Source: Tubiluchus corallicola (lineage: Eukaryota > Animalia > Priapulida). Taken from it: a DNA stretch of 64,000 nucleotides. The notes under the pieces are model-generated. The model was given only the letters and a program-made list of their open reading frames with translations, ran no database searches and had not been told where the DNA came from. The position numbers and the translations under genes are program-made. The DNA is taken from assembly GCA_030141605.1 (NCBI GenBank), contig JAQGDQ010000611.1:62001-126000 (forward strand), written 5' to 3'. Position 1 is the first letter of the stretch, and each line of letters starts with the position of its first letter. Positions 24,816 to 49,574 of this stretch are shown one piece after another.

Positions 24816-26065
24816 GCTGCATGAACAAAGATCATTTACAACAATGTAACCATAAAACGTTCAACGTGAGAAACAGACAAAAGAAATAAGAAAAAACAAC
24901 ATTATAAGAAATAAGAAGAAAAACAAACAGGAGAAAAAACGTGTGTTCAATAGATGGAAAAATGACAAGAAAAAGCGAAAAATACAACTTTTCGGACAGA
25001 AAGAAGCGAACAAATGGAGGAGAGAAAAAACACCTAAAGAAAGACGAGGAAAAACAAATCAGAAAAAAGAGGTCGCAACTACTCTTTACTTTTTTACATA
25101 CTATATGAACAAAATTAGTAAAGACACTGACCACTCACTGCAAGCGGCTGCAAAGTTGTTATTTTATTTTGTTAAAATAGTTCTTCTGTTTCCTTCTTGC
25201 ATTTACTTTTAATGGAAACGTAAATCAATAACTAATTGAAAACAAAATAAATTAGAACCAAGATGAAGGAGACGAAGAAAATGAGAAGAAAGAAAAATAA
25301 GAATCAGAGACGGAGAACGAAAGACTTTGTTAAAACAAGACGAAGAAACAGAAAAGAAGAAAAAGAAAGAGACATTAAGATTTGCTTTTACATTTAACTT
25401 TAGCTGACGCTTAAGTGTGGTGGTAAAAAATTACGGAAGTGGTGCTGACAAGCCTCTGGCAGAGAAGTGTCTAGTATTTGCTGGACTAACTGCTGTGTTT
25501 ACCCATCTTGAGAGCAGATTTCTTTATTTTAGAATTCTACTTGCCCAATGTGTACAATAGACGTAATGGTTTTTCCATGACGATAGAAGCAAGAAAAACG
25601 AAAAAGAAGAAAAAAGAAAAAGACTACCGTCAAGATTGTGGCTTTGCATTTAACTTAAGCTATTCTTATTATCTTATCTCATTTACCACACAGTTTTTCC
25701 TGATTTTTCTTTCTTGCGTCGCATTACAAGATGGCGCCACTCAGACCGCAGCCATATTTGCTCAACCGCTAAATCGCCATCATCAGTTACACTTAATGTT
25801 GCATCAGCATTCTAGTGTTCCCTTTATCTATCAGTCAATATGCGCTTGCAAATAGCATCATCTGGACAAACACATGGCTATCAAGTACCGCTTGTATTTT
25901 TGAGCATCACTTATTAGCACAGAAGACTGGAGGAAGTTTCACAGGAGGTAAGGGCAGAGAAGGAATTTACTCTGAAAATTTAAATTTCCTAAGTTGTGCT
26001 AGCCTGTGTGATTTCTAAATAAGTGCAAGCAACGGGTAACATCATTATAAAGATATAGACTGCCA

Positions 26066-26755
<690 letters not shown>

Positions 26756-27739
26756 TGCGTAAAGTGCAATTATTTTGACGTTAAGTTATTTGAAACAAGC
26801 TTAAATAACATTACGTAAAATCTGAAAAATACTAAAAGAATTCGTTACTTTATCTTCTCAATAAGATGAATAATTTTTTTGTGAATCAGTGGTGCACACT
26901 GGGTTGGCGACGCAGTGCTGTTTCATCAGTTGGCGCGAACAATTTAAATTATTAAGAATTTTTCCAACTACATAAGTCTTTCAAACAGGTAAGCTTAATA
27001 TAACTTTGCATGGAAAGTACATCGGGACATACAACACATTAAAATTCCCATTTCTTCCTCTTTAATTCCACAGTTTTTCCAATTTGCATTAGTGCAGGAT
27101 GCATGTTAATTTCAAACAATACTCTTTCTTTATTTTTATTTCAACCCCACAGTGTTTTGAGAGTCAAGTTAGCATATTTGTAATGATGCTGTACATAACG
27201 TTGTTTAGCCACCAGTATTAAATGAAGTAGCGATATCACTATCTTTGTTTATCATAGTTCGACCTATGTCTAAGGACAGTTTAAATTATTTTTTCCAAAA
27301 TTTGCTTCCTATTACGTATCTTACTGTTTGTTATTCAATGAATTATTGATAACTTTTCGTTTCTTTTAATGTATTAATTGTGTATTTGTTTTGATGTGAA
27401 ATAGATAAACAATAAAAAACAATGTACAGTATAATTATTACTAGTGAGCACCTCTCTAGGTGCGTTTTGTTATTCATGCATCATTACCTTGACCATTTAA
27501 TGGTGTGTGGCAAATAGGTGATCCTATTTAACGCATTTAGAGGCACACGTTACAGCCAATTAACGTCTCATACGGAAAGACATTAAGTTGGTCGTTAAGA
27601 AGCTTCCCTCATATAAGGAAGTTCTTGTCAGTGAGAACAATACACACTTCACTGCAGTAACAAAGAACGTAGACATCGACAATAAAAAAGCTTTGCTTTG
27701 GAACAAAAACTATTGGACAATCTCGTTCTAAAACTATTT

Positions 27740-28550
27740 TAGAGCAACAACGACGACAATGACAACAATGACGATGACTATAATTAAGAGAAGTGACAGC
27801 AACAGTAAAAGCAAGACCAAAAACAAGTCCAAGACAAAAGAAGCAAGAACAAGCACAAGAACAAGGACAAGGACAAAAAACACGAGCAAGACAAAGAGCA
27901 GACTAAAGAACACCAGGAGCAGGAACAACCGTAAAAGCAGAGCTAGACCAAGAACAACAGAAGCACACACAAGAGGAAAAGCAAGACAAGAACAAGGACA
28001 AAAGCATGAACAAGACCGAGAACAGAATCAAGCACAAGAACAAAAACGTGAAAAAGACCAATGACAACAGGAGAAAGAACAATAGTAAAAAAAGAACAAA
28101 AACAACAGAAGCAAGCAAGAGAGAAAAAACAGGAACAACTCCAAGGACAACAGGAGCAAGAACAACAGTAAGAGCAGAACAGGAACAAGAACAAAAAAGC
28201 AAGCACAAGAGAAAAACAAAAACAAGACCAAGGACAACAGGAAGAAGAACAACAGAAGAAAGCACAAGAAGGAAAACATGAACAAGACCAAGGACGACAG
28301 GGGCAAGAACAACAGTAAGAGTAGAAAAAGAACAAAAATACCAATACGCAAAAGCAAGAACAAGAAAAAGAACAACAGAAGCAAGAGCAAAGAAGCAAGA
28401 ACAAGAACAAGAGCAGGAACAACAACAGCAAAAACAAGAAGCAGAGTGAAACAAAGACAAAGAGTTGCACAAGTACTGCTATGGCCACATCAAGAGCAAC
28501 AATGACTGCAGCAACAACAACAACAATGACAGCACACAGAATCACGAAGA
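27740..28550. repeat. Degenerate (AACAAG)-like low-complexity tract
   Basis: Directly visible. Confidence 0.85.
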
Positions 28551-29116
28551 ACACAGGAAATGCTAAATGACTAAACTTTGAGGTTTATAAATTTGTGTCG
28601 GTAAATCTTGCGCAGAGTAAATGGCTTCACCACTTTTCTTGGCGTATTGAGCTCCTTTCTCTGGCTTCCCGGCATCAAAACTAATACGCGAGAAGCCTTA
28701 CTCAAACCTACGCGTTTGGACGTCTCCAGGTCACGTGATCACGTCGAGATGACGCATTTAAGGAGCGACGTAGGTCTATTAATAATAAGAAAATAAATGC
28801 AAGTTAAACGGAAAAGTCGTTTTCACGGTTTCGTTACTGTAAAAAATAAAGCGTTACGAATGATATGCAAGCCAAATTGATTTTAGATTTGATTTTTTAC
28901 AGTATGTTTCCCAGTTACTGATATTCTGAAAATCATTTCACTAAGAACAATGAATTCTACAGAAGAACAAATAAGTGAAAAGGAAAAGCAGGAAGAAGAA
29001 GAGAAAACTCTCATGATATGTTTGTGAAAATTGATGACGATGCTTAATATTTTATTTTAAAAAACGCATTTACATGAATGGACCTCTAGTTGCCTCAAAG
29101 TTTAACTTAATAAAGT

Positions 29117-29140
29117 ACGCACACACACACACGCATACAT

Positions 29141-29185
<45 letters not shown>

Positions 29186-29312
29186 CCCTCTCACACACAC
29201 GCATGCACACACACACACGCACACACACACACACGCACACACCCTCACAAACACACACATGCACACACACACATGCACGCACACACGCACACACGCACAC
29301 GCACACACACAC
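29117..29312. repeat. (CA)n microsatellite
   Basis: Directly visible. Confidence 0.95.
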
Positions 29313-30630
29313 GTGGGAAATGTGGGAAACAAAAAACTTGAAACTTGAAACTCTGCTTGAAATTTAAATTTTTAAACTTAAAATTTACCGGGTTTTTGTA
29401 TATCACACTGAATATTGTACAGTAGCACTGTACTTCAATTTCCGCTTTTGCAAACACGTGTAACCCGCTCATGGAATGTTTGTGCTATTGAAAATTATGT
29501 TCAGTTGTGACGTCATCGCTAATTGGGCTCCCCGGCCTTTACTTAAAACGCAATAAAACCCTCCACTTACATGAAGCTTAAAAATGCGTCTTGGAATTTT
29601 ATACCAACTTACGCATATATGATATGCAAGCCACTGCATATCATATACGTACTGCCTTTTAGCATACAGGGCTTGAGTCGGCAGAGCGCTGTATAAAACA
29701 TGTAAATTCAAACTCCCGCTATGACAGTTAGAGGCATCCAATTTGACGATAAGTCGTTTAAAACATGTTTAAATAGCACTGAGTAAAGTTTGAAAAATAA
29801 TCAGCGCATGCGTAGCGCACACGACAATAACTTAGTAAGATTTTAAATTACTGTATTTTGTCAGTAAGGTTAAAAATACGCTTTTGGTTAATGAGCGGCG
29901 CACCCTGGAGGGTGAGTCAGCAACATTTTACCAATTGGTGAAAACGTTTTAAATAATTAACAATTTTCTTTTCTAGTTACATAAGCCTTTCAAGCAGGTA
30001 AGCGAAATGCTAAGTAATATAACTTTGTATGGAAAGGTTTTTGGGGCATAGTTTAACATTGCCTTTTTTCCCACATTCGTTGTGCGTATATGACGTCATG
30101 TAATGGCGCGGTTGGGACATTACTATTGCGCGAACACTATTGCGGTTAGAACACAATAAAAACAAACAAAAAATCCTTTCAACGCGAGTACGACATACGC
30201 ATAAAATTGTTATAAAGTAATATAATTTTTTGAGGCGATTTTTCTGAAACCTACTTCAGGTACCCCTTTTCTTTAAGTTTTTAGCCTGTTAAATTATTAT
30301 CAGAAACACTTTGGTATTATCATGGGTGTCAAGAGGTATGCTTTTCTGTATTTCAAAATAGAGAGGATACGAAAAATCGAATCATCCTCTTTCCTTTTAA
30401 AAAGTTGACGCTTATCGCTCAGTGCCTGTAATCTGAGCATGCGCTGCGAAACACACACTACTTCAGCACCTGCTACGAAGAATGCCAAAATAGCGTGTTC
30501 CACACTGCATAACAATAGAACTAAACATATTAGGAGAAACACATGGATTCATTTGCTGAGTCTGGTCCGATCATTAATCACTGAGCAGGTGAAACGAATG
30601 GAACAGAGACGTAGAAAACCAAACAACTGC

Positions 30631-30647
30631 CTGCTGCCATCTGTTGG
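30631..30647 (-). promoter_or_regulatory. CTCF-like binding motif
   Basis: CCAACAGATGGCAGCAG; similar motifs at 32122, 32256 and 36529. Confidence 0.45.
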
Positions 30648-30899
30648 GCGACTTTTAAATAATAAATGCCAAGTATTTTTCTGTAAAAGAATAATTATAA
30701 CAGAGTTTCTTTAGAACTTAATTGTTATAATTAAGGTTAATTATTATTATTATTATTTAGTACTTAATTATATGGTTATAATTACGAGTGAAAATTATTT
30801 TTTGAACAAAAAATTAATAAATCTTAAAGGTACTTAAGACTGCTGAAGAAATTTTATCAATAGAACTCTTTATAGGTGAGTAAATTTCCCGAAGTGTTC

Positions 30900-31497
30900 T
30901 TAAAGCAAAACCGAACCCAATCTTAAGCTGTAGGTCAAAACAATCTTCTCTTTGAAATATTGAAAGGAAACGTACTATTTTTTTCATAAATGACTTACGT
31001 GAAAGAATTATTACCACACAAACACAATTTCGCATTCACGCCGCTACTTCTTCGCTGTTACATGCATTTCGCCATTCGCTAGTATGACGGGCACTAGCGC
31101 CTACATTTCTGACGGAAACGCATTATACAAAAACAGGTGCTGTACCTCTCAGTTCAGAAGTGTTAGTTTCTGATGAACTACGCACGTTCGACAGCTAATG
31201 CGCGAACACAGCGGTAAATTTGAAATTTGAATTTTTATCTTAAAACATGCCTAGTTTTAGTACAACACATTGAATATCTTACAGTAGCACTGTACTTCAA
31301 TTTTTGCTTTCGAAAACACGTGTACATGCTCATGGAATATTTTTGCTTTTGAAAATTATGTTAGTTTGTGACGTCACCAATAGTTGGGCTCCTCCGCCAT
31401 TAATTAAATTTTTAATCTATTATTTAATTATCAGGAACACTTTTTCAGCATTGATTGTGTTAAAATGTATACTTTTTATCAGACTTGAAAATGGGGT
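30900..31497 (+). mobile_element. Kolobok-like non-autonomous element, family A
   Basis: Begins TTAA-AGCAAAACC; ~620-bp body shared with at least 6 other loci; 3' end rearranged. Confidence 0.75.
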
Positions 31498-32341
31498 AGT
31501 AAATTTTTTTTGGGACGTAGTGTAATATAGCCTTCTCTTCCCCTTTAAGTATTTCTTTTAAAGGAAGACAGGATGATTTTTCATAAAAGGGAAGAGAAGA
31601 CTATATTAAACTATGTCGCAAAAAATTTACTACACAAACTTAATTACTTTGCATTACTCTTACCAATTTGAAAGGCTTGCGTATTAGAAAAGAAAATTCT
31701 TAATAATTTAAACTATTCGCGCCAAAATGCTAAAACGGCACTGCATTGCCATCCCAGTGTGCACCATCGATTTAGCAAAAAACACATTATTGATCTTATT
31801 GAAAATGAAAAGTAATTAAGACTTTTGCTTAATTAGCAAAGAATGTGCTGCGAATGCTCTGGTCATTTTATCAAACTTTACTAACGTTATCTAAACTTGT
31901 CTCAAACAACTTACCATTAAAATAGCGGCACCTAACTGTCATTGCGGGAGTTAAAATTTCTAAGTTTTATGCAGCGTTACTGTTAACGCAAGCCATGTAT
32001 GCAGTAAGGCAGAATGAAAGTGATATGAAACTTCGAGACGAATTTCAACGATAATACATTAATAGTTAAGAATTCTTAAAGGACAAGACAGCATTCAAAA
32101 TATATGTAGAAACAGCGACAGCAGCGCCATCTATAGTAGTTTATTTACAATACTTAACGAAAAGTTACAATGTTCCTGAGAATGATAATTGTAACAGCTA
32201 GAGAAGACTAGCACAAAAGTTTTGCTTTATAAATATATGTAGAAAACAGCGACAACAGCGCCATCTATAGTAGTTTATTTACAATACTTAATGAAAGGTT
32301 ACAATGTTCCTGAGAATGATAATTATAACAACTAGAGAAGA

Positions 32342-41924
<9,583 letters not shown>

Positions 41925-44159
41925 AATATGAAATGGCCTGTAAAAGTCCCTTCTAGGCCTACATGCCTGTATAGCGGTATTCGTGAACTGGTTGCTGTAA
42001 AGAGCTGACGGGTTGGTTCAGTATGACTTTGCTTAGTTTACTGAGCGGCGAGGCGTTGATTATGTTTGCGTTTAGGAGCGGAACGGTACCGCTCTGGATG
42101 GGATGCCCACCAAACCGTCACTAATCCTGTGAACCTTATGCACTTTTGCTCAAACGCTCGCTACAATTGCAACGTGAATTCTGAACAAGACACCGATCCA
42201 TCAAGTCAACTTTCCCGTGTTTTAACTTTGATGTGACTGAAGCACAGATATGAAATGCCATCACACCAGTACGACAACATACACACTAATTCAGAATTCA
42301 TATACCCACGGCCATATTAATTAAATCATGATTTTTTTCATTTTTTTGTGCATACTTGTAAATATGTTTGATTTTATTCGTCGTTACTTTCCATTACTGC
42401 ACAGTAGTTTAGATTGCACTGACGCGTTTGCCGTTTGCAGTGTAAGTTTTTATTAACTAACACTGATTGATCATCTCCGTAAAGTTTTTATCAGTGATTA
42501 TTAATGTATTTTAATGGCAAATGAAGATTATTATACCTATATATATTATCTCGGGCCGCTCTACCATTAGGTAAACTAGGCAGTTGCCTAGGGCGCAAAG
42601 TCGTGCAAGAATTCTTTAATTTTTAAGTTTGCAATAAAGTAACATAGTTTATGTGTAATGTCTTTTCACACTTTCGTTGTGCGCACGCGCAGTTGCTGTA
42701 GGTCAAAGGTTAAGTGTGCCACAGCAACGCGTCTTAGCTATAACCGTCACGTGACATGTGGGTAAAGCAAAGCCCAATTAAGTTCAGTTGTTTTACGTGG
42801 ACTTTACTTAATAATTATTATTCATTAATCTGTGCGGGATATTGCTTGGGAACAAGAAAAATAAATTAGGTAGGGTTCTACAGGTAGCATTCGTCCATTT
42901 TCTTAATTACTATCACAATAGCACCGGCTGCGAGGCGTCGTCAAGTGCACACAAATGCACTGTCTGGTACACTTAACCTTTGACCTTCTCACGATCATCA
43001 TCAATCGCTGGAACTGTGAAAAGGCTTATTGACGCAAAAATACTTCTAGGCAGCAGCCGACAAGGCCTGATCATCATTTCAGTCCTGAAATTCTGTGCAA
43101 TAAAAGTTAGAACTAAATTAGGAAAAGTGTCTGGCGCACCATTTCAGTAACTTAATTGTTTTGCGTGGACGTCATTGAAATGTGCATTAGTCTGTACATA
43201 TATATATATATATTTTGAATATGTTACAGTAGCACTGTCCTTCAATTTTCGCTTTTGCAAACACGTGCAACACGCTCGTGGAATATTTTTGCTGTTGAAA
43301 ATTATGTTCGTTTGTGACGTCATCGATAGTTAGGCTCGCCCGCCGTTAATTAAGTTTTTAATTTATTATTTAATCATCAGAAACGGTTTTGTAGTATTAG
43401 TGGTGTTAAGATGCATATTTTTATCGGATTTGAAAATGGGGTAATATGTGAAAAATCATTCTGTTTTACTGTGAAGTTTAACTAGCTTTTAAGTTGCAGC
43501 TAAAATTTTTTGCATGCCAAAAAATCAATAACTTCTGAAACCGAGATGCTGATTCAGTTAGATCATTTAATAGCACAGTCAGTTGTTAGGACATAAAGTC
43601 AGACATTCCAACCGGTTTTAATGGTAACCTCCCTTTCTCCCAATTTTGCAATAATGCTCTTTGAGTTTCCACCAATTTTACATCCACCTAAACATCGCAA
43701 TAAACTGCGACCACAGTGAGCCAGAAGATACCACCTTTACTAGAATTAGCCCTGCTCTGCTAGACAACACCGGCTAGAAAGGAGCACAGAATAGAGGTGC
43801 GCAAGTGCACTTAGCTCCCGTAATACAGGACCATCAATAAATTTACATAATAATAATTCATTAGTGAATATTTATATTAAAATACAATCAATAAACATAT
43901 TGTTACGGGGGCGAAATACCATTTATTTTCGAACTCCGTCCTCTACATTGTCATTGTTCGATCCATTACGAAGCCATTGCATAGCAGCTGCAAAAAGCTG
44001 GTATGGAATGGTCTGGTCGGTTCTGTCGACCTTTACCACCTAAGCACCTGCTCCGTAATCACGGTCAGCATGAACAATGCAGAAAAAGGTTCTGGTTATT
44101 CTTCATCTTCAGACACCACTGAGGCCACAACAGTGGTGTCTGAAGTGGAATCAATCTAC

Positions 44160-44797
<638 letters not shown>

Positions 44798-45413
44798 TTT
44801 ATTTTTTGCCTTCAAAATAACAATCATACATAGTATATAACGATGGTTTACAGAGGTTCATCTAGTCTACCATCCCTTAATAGTGAGTCTACTAATTTCA
44901 GCATGGCGAGCAAATATTATTAGAACAAAATAAAGATTTGAATAGGAAAACAGATCAAAATTAAATTAATAGCAAACAATTATGGTAAGTAAAATTATGC
45001 AAGTTTACGCAAAATAAAGTGAAAACAAAATTAGTAAAGCAGAGTTCTATGCGCAAAACTAACTAATTAAAAACAAAATAGCTAACAAACCAATTTGACT
45101 ATGCAATAATGACACTAGAAGAAGCAAAGTTGCATGTACCTGTAAGGCCATACTGGTTTTTAACTAAATGAATAACAAATAACTGCATATTATTAATGCG
45201 ATTATGGACCGAAAATGACTAAAAAATTTAGTAGTAAGATCATTTTATCTATTATATTAATACTTTTCGAACTTGGTTAAGTTATTTTTTAAGTTTATTT
45301 TTTTAAGTTTAAAGAAAGATACCATTATGTTTAAGGTGTATTAAGTTTATAAATTATGTAAAGGTACAGTAAATAATTAATACTGATGTGGTCATGTTTG
45401 AACTGGTGCATTA

Positions 45414-45868
45414 CCGTATTTTCCCGTGTATAAGAGACCCTTTTTTGCTCAGAATTTTCACTTTAAAAATAGGGGGTCTCTTATACATGGGAGTAAGTCT
45501 TTTCAATAAAATGCATAAATTGTGACACTAATGATTTTAAAGAAATAAGTGCTCTACAACTGTTTTGCGTGTCGCGTTCGACTATGAAGCGGTTGTAAGC
45601 AATACAAGCATCGTGACACAGGCATTATCTCCTCGTTTTCTCTTTTCCTGTTACAGGTTTGCAGGTACGCACTTTAATATATAACAGTACTCTTTTTCTA
45701 CAACACATTAACTGGTTTTATTTTGTTTTCAGTACCGCACTGAGTTGAAAAAAGTTGTACTCTACCCTCTAAAAATGTCCGTCTGAAAAAACTTTTTTCC
45801 AGAATTTTTGCCTAAAAATTGAAGGGGTCTCTTATACACAAGGGTCTCTTATACACGGGAAAATACGG
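45414..45868. mobile_element. Tc1/mariner-pogo-type MITE
   Basis: Perfect 27-bp TIR CCGTATTTTCCCGTGTATAAGAGACCC, TA TSD, duplicated subterminal GGGTCTCTTATAC. Confidence 0.9.
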
Positions 45869-45959
45869 TACTTCAAGAAAAACATTGTAAGTTCAGGTTT
45901 GGGTTGATTGTTATTTAATTAAAGATGACGCAATAAATCAGTTAACATAATCAATAATG

Positions 45960-46460
45960 AAACTGACTAGCGGCAGATACAGCAAACAGAAAAAAGAGAA
46001 GCAAATTTAAATGTAGATAGATTGTGTATTAGTGTATAAACTGTATTGCCAAACAATATAATTTCTCTATCTTTAATTGACGCTATAATCATGTATTAAA
46101 TTCAATCTGTACTGGTTGGCTAATGCATGTAGTGAGTTTGTATTTTTAATTGCACGATCCAGCTCATTCCATAATGATCTGGAATGGTTCATCTGATAGA
46201 ATCGATCCTAACACCTTAACATCGAGCAGCGTAGGACGTTTCTGTTTTTTTTATTTGAAGCTCAGCATGTCCTTTGTAGCATCGCAGCATGTACGCCAAT
46301 GTCATAGGTTATAGTACCTGTTCTTCCGTGGCACTATACGTTGTTCAGTTTGCTTGTGACTTCGCGAGGAATGGAATCCCTACCAGCAAAGGAACAACGT
46401 TTTTTCTGTAAATAGTCAGGTGTTGGTTTTACTACGATGGGAGTTGTCAGTATAAGGAAA
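45960..46460 (-). mobile_element. Decayed CR1/L2-like LINE 3' end
   Basis: PDYL and SLWNELDRAIKNTNSL-like remnants. Confidence 0.5.
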
Positions 46461-49400
46461 CTGTGTAATTTTTATGATTTAGTAGCACTTTATCCATTAT
46501 AATGTCATAATAAGTGTAATGTTCAGTTTAGTTGCAGACACTACTTCCTTAACTTAACAGTTTTAAGAAAATCTAATAACTAATATAGCAGGTATATACA
46601 ACTTTTGTTTATTTACATATTTTTACAAAAATATACAAAACAAAGTTACTACAAATTTTACTGATTCCAGTTGCCATTCCAATATCTCAGTCGTTCCTGT
46701 AACAAATAGAAGAAATTTCCATTCATGGTCGTGTGTTTATGGTCGTATACTGCCCTTACAGGCATTTATTTAAACGCAATACTTTATGATGGTAACTGTT
46801 TGTGGTGTGTAAGACGACTGGACTTATTTGACCTTTATGGGCTTTTGAAGTGCCTAAAGCTGTACAGGGAAACGTGTTACTAAATCAAGATCATTTTGAC
46901 CGTTAGACGCAGCCATTTTGACGTAAGCAAAATGCTAAGTAACATTCTAACATAACCGTGCATGTGAAAACTTTTGGGACATAGTTTCACATGTACTGCA
47001 ACGTCATGTAATGGCGCCGTCGGAACACTGTCACGGGAAACTTAAAATGAAAACAAACAAAAGATCCTTTTGAAGTGAGTACGATTTGCTCATATAATTG
47101 CTGCCATTCTTAGACTTTTAAGAATAATATAAAAATATATAATATAAGAATAAGCTTAGTTGTTTAACTGTAATCATAAGCATTGCACGGCCGAGTAATT
47201 TAATTTTCTATTTATGCCCTTTCACACTGTCAAATTAGAGATAGGTTACGTATAAGCAAGAATTTTTTATGTAAAATAACGGAATGAGAGATTGTAGAAT
47301 TTAATTATTTTTGCCGTTTCTACTTGCTTTATTTAAAAAAGCAAGTTTTTGTTTTAATAATTTGCTCAATAGGCTCATATAAGGACACGCCCAGTTTGTC
47401 ACGTCACGTGGTGGCATTAAAACAATATAAAAATGTGAGAATTAGCATTCAATTGTACCTATAGCTGTGCAGTGCAATGTCTAAAATGCGTGCAGGTGTC
47501 TCCTGTGTGTGTATTTAACAAACTGAATTAATTTAATTTAATAGGGACAGACAAGGGTTTTAACTGATATTCACCAATCCAATTCAGAAATTGTTTGCGA
47601 GAGTTTGTACTCTATAGAGTTAAGTGCTTCGAATTTAAGATTATGTAAAGAATAAAAACTTTAAAAATAAATTTCAAAGCAAAATACTAAGTTATGTTAT
47701 TGTCAAGCCGCAAAAGCTGTTATTAAATAGCACATCTATGGTTTGGAAGAGCTCTGGTAAACCTAATTTGATGCGCTTAGGATCTGTTACTTGTTAAAGT
47801 AGTTGGTTTTTTCCTCATTAGATGGCAGCATAGTATAACGGATTTGTTATACAAGAGTAAACATCGTGCAGCAAATAAGAGCAATGTAAGTGAGCAGACG
47901 ATTCAGAACTGTTTTAGTCACGCACAACAACAGATTTTCAACTTTTTTATAAATATGAGAACTCTTCTTCAGAGAGAAAATAAGCAACTTTGCTTTATTG
48001 TGTATGCTACGTATGCAAGTCCACGATCTGCACGGAAAGTTTGAGTATTGATTTCATTGTGCAAACAATTTTGTAAAATATAGGTGCGCTAATATAAGAA
48101 TAAGCTTAGTTGTCTTAACTGTAATGATAGGCATTGCACGGCTGAGTAATTTATGTACTATTTATACTCTTTCACAATGTCAAATTAGAGATTGTAATTA
48201 GAAAACTGTGTAATTTGTTTGATTTAGTAGCACTTTATCCATTATAATGTCGTAATTAGTGTAATGTTCAGTTTTGTTGCAGACACTACTTCCCATACTT
48301 AACAGTTTTTAAAAAAAATCTAATAAATAATATAACAGGTATATAAAATGTTTCTTTATATACATTTATTTACAATTATGTACAAGCCATTTTTGTCATC
48401 TGTCCCTGTAACAAACAGAAAAAATTTCACATTTAGTGTAGAATACATAAGCATACATGAGTTCAGTTTGATAAAAGACTTAACCTAATCCAAGATACCT
48501 CTCAAGCCGTGTAATGCAATGGCTTACGCCAGAAGAGGGGGTCACGGTCCAATGGCAGAATACTGTACAAAATACTAATGAAAACTGTTGCTAAATAATC
48601 ACAAAAGAATGAAACCCTTGCATGGTATCTATTAATGCAATAGCTATACGTAACGTAATTTTCTTAATGGTGTCAACAACGATATTGTGAAAGCAGCCAT
48701 ATTGAATCTTACATTATAAGTGTATTGGATGATGCGCATCTCTAGTGTCAAAAACTTGTGCACATTTTAGCATGATCTTAGATGATTATTTAGTTTCCAT
48801 CAGTTTTTAGCATGTATTTCGCATGAAATTTGTCGAAAGAAGGACACAAATCTTGGTCTCCTTGAAATTCTTGAAATTCGAACCAACGATTTTTATATCA
48901 CAAGCTAGACCTCCTTTATCGCAAAAACTCAGAACTATGAATTCTATTTCATACATCAAAAATACAATATCAAACACATTAATAAACTTTAAAAAAAATA
49001 GTTTGAGTAGTGCGAGGTGAGTGTACGACCATACGGTCATTAACACACTCACCTTACTTAAATGAAAAAATGATTATAGTTATTCATGCTTCTGTAGATG
49101 ACTTAATGTAAATGAGGATGAAGTAAATGTAATAATAGCAATGGTATAAGAGCAATAAACCTGAAAGTTGAGAAAGGAAAACATAATATGTAAGTACGAC
49201 TTTGAGTGAGCCTTAAAGAGTGAAAATTTTTTTAAATAGTTACGAATATGAATTATGTGATTATCTGTCAATGCACCACTTACTTGTATATACAATGATA
49301 TATCTCAGGCATGCATAACTGTCAACTAATTGTTAACTACCGCTTATACACAAGTAATTCATTACAGATGGCATTAGTACGCGCATGCGCTTTGTTTACT

Positions 49401-49574
49401 AACAGCAAATGGATGGATCTGAGTGATTTGGATTTCTATGAACTATGAACTATAAATTTTAATTCACACGTCAAAAAATACAATATTAAACACATTAACA
49501 ACTTTAAAATCAAGTAATTTGAGTAGTGCGAGGTGAATATAGGACCATACGGTTATTAACACACTCACCTTATT

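Noticed and set aside
30300-30714. Signal-peptide-like 80-aa ORF and the overlapping opposite-strand ORF
   Set aside because: No recognisable family; consistent with chance ORFs
41930-42170. RNase MRP, U3, 5S or HDV-ribozyme identity for the structured region
   Set aside because: Only short chance similarities; the required boxes and topology are missing, so it is kept as an unassigned structure
46318-46460. Alternative ZDHHC terminal exon (SFLILTTPIVVKPTPDYL...)
   Set aside because: Better explained as a decayed LINE C-terminus; the 49599 exon has a stronger acceptor and motif match, though this one is not fully excluded
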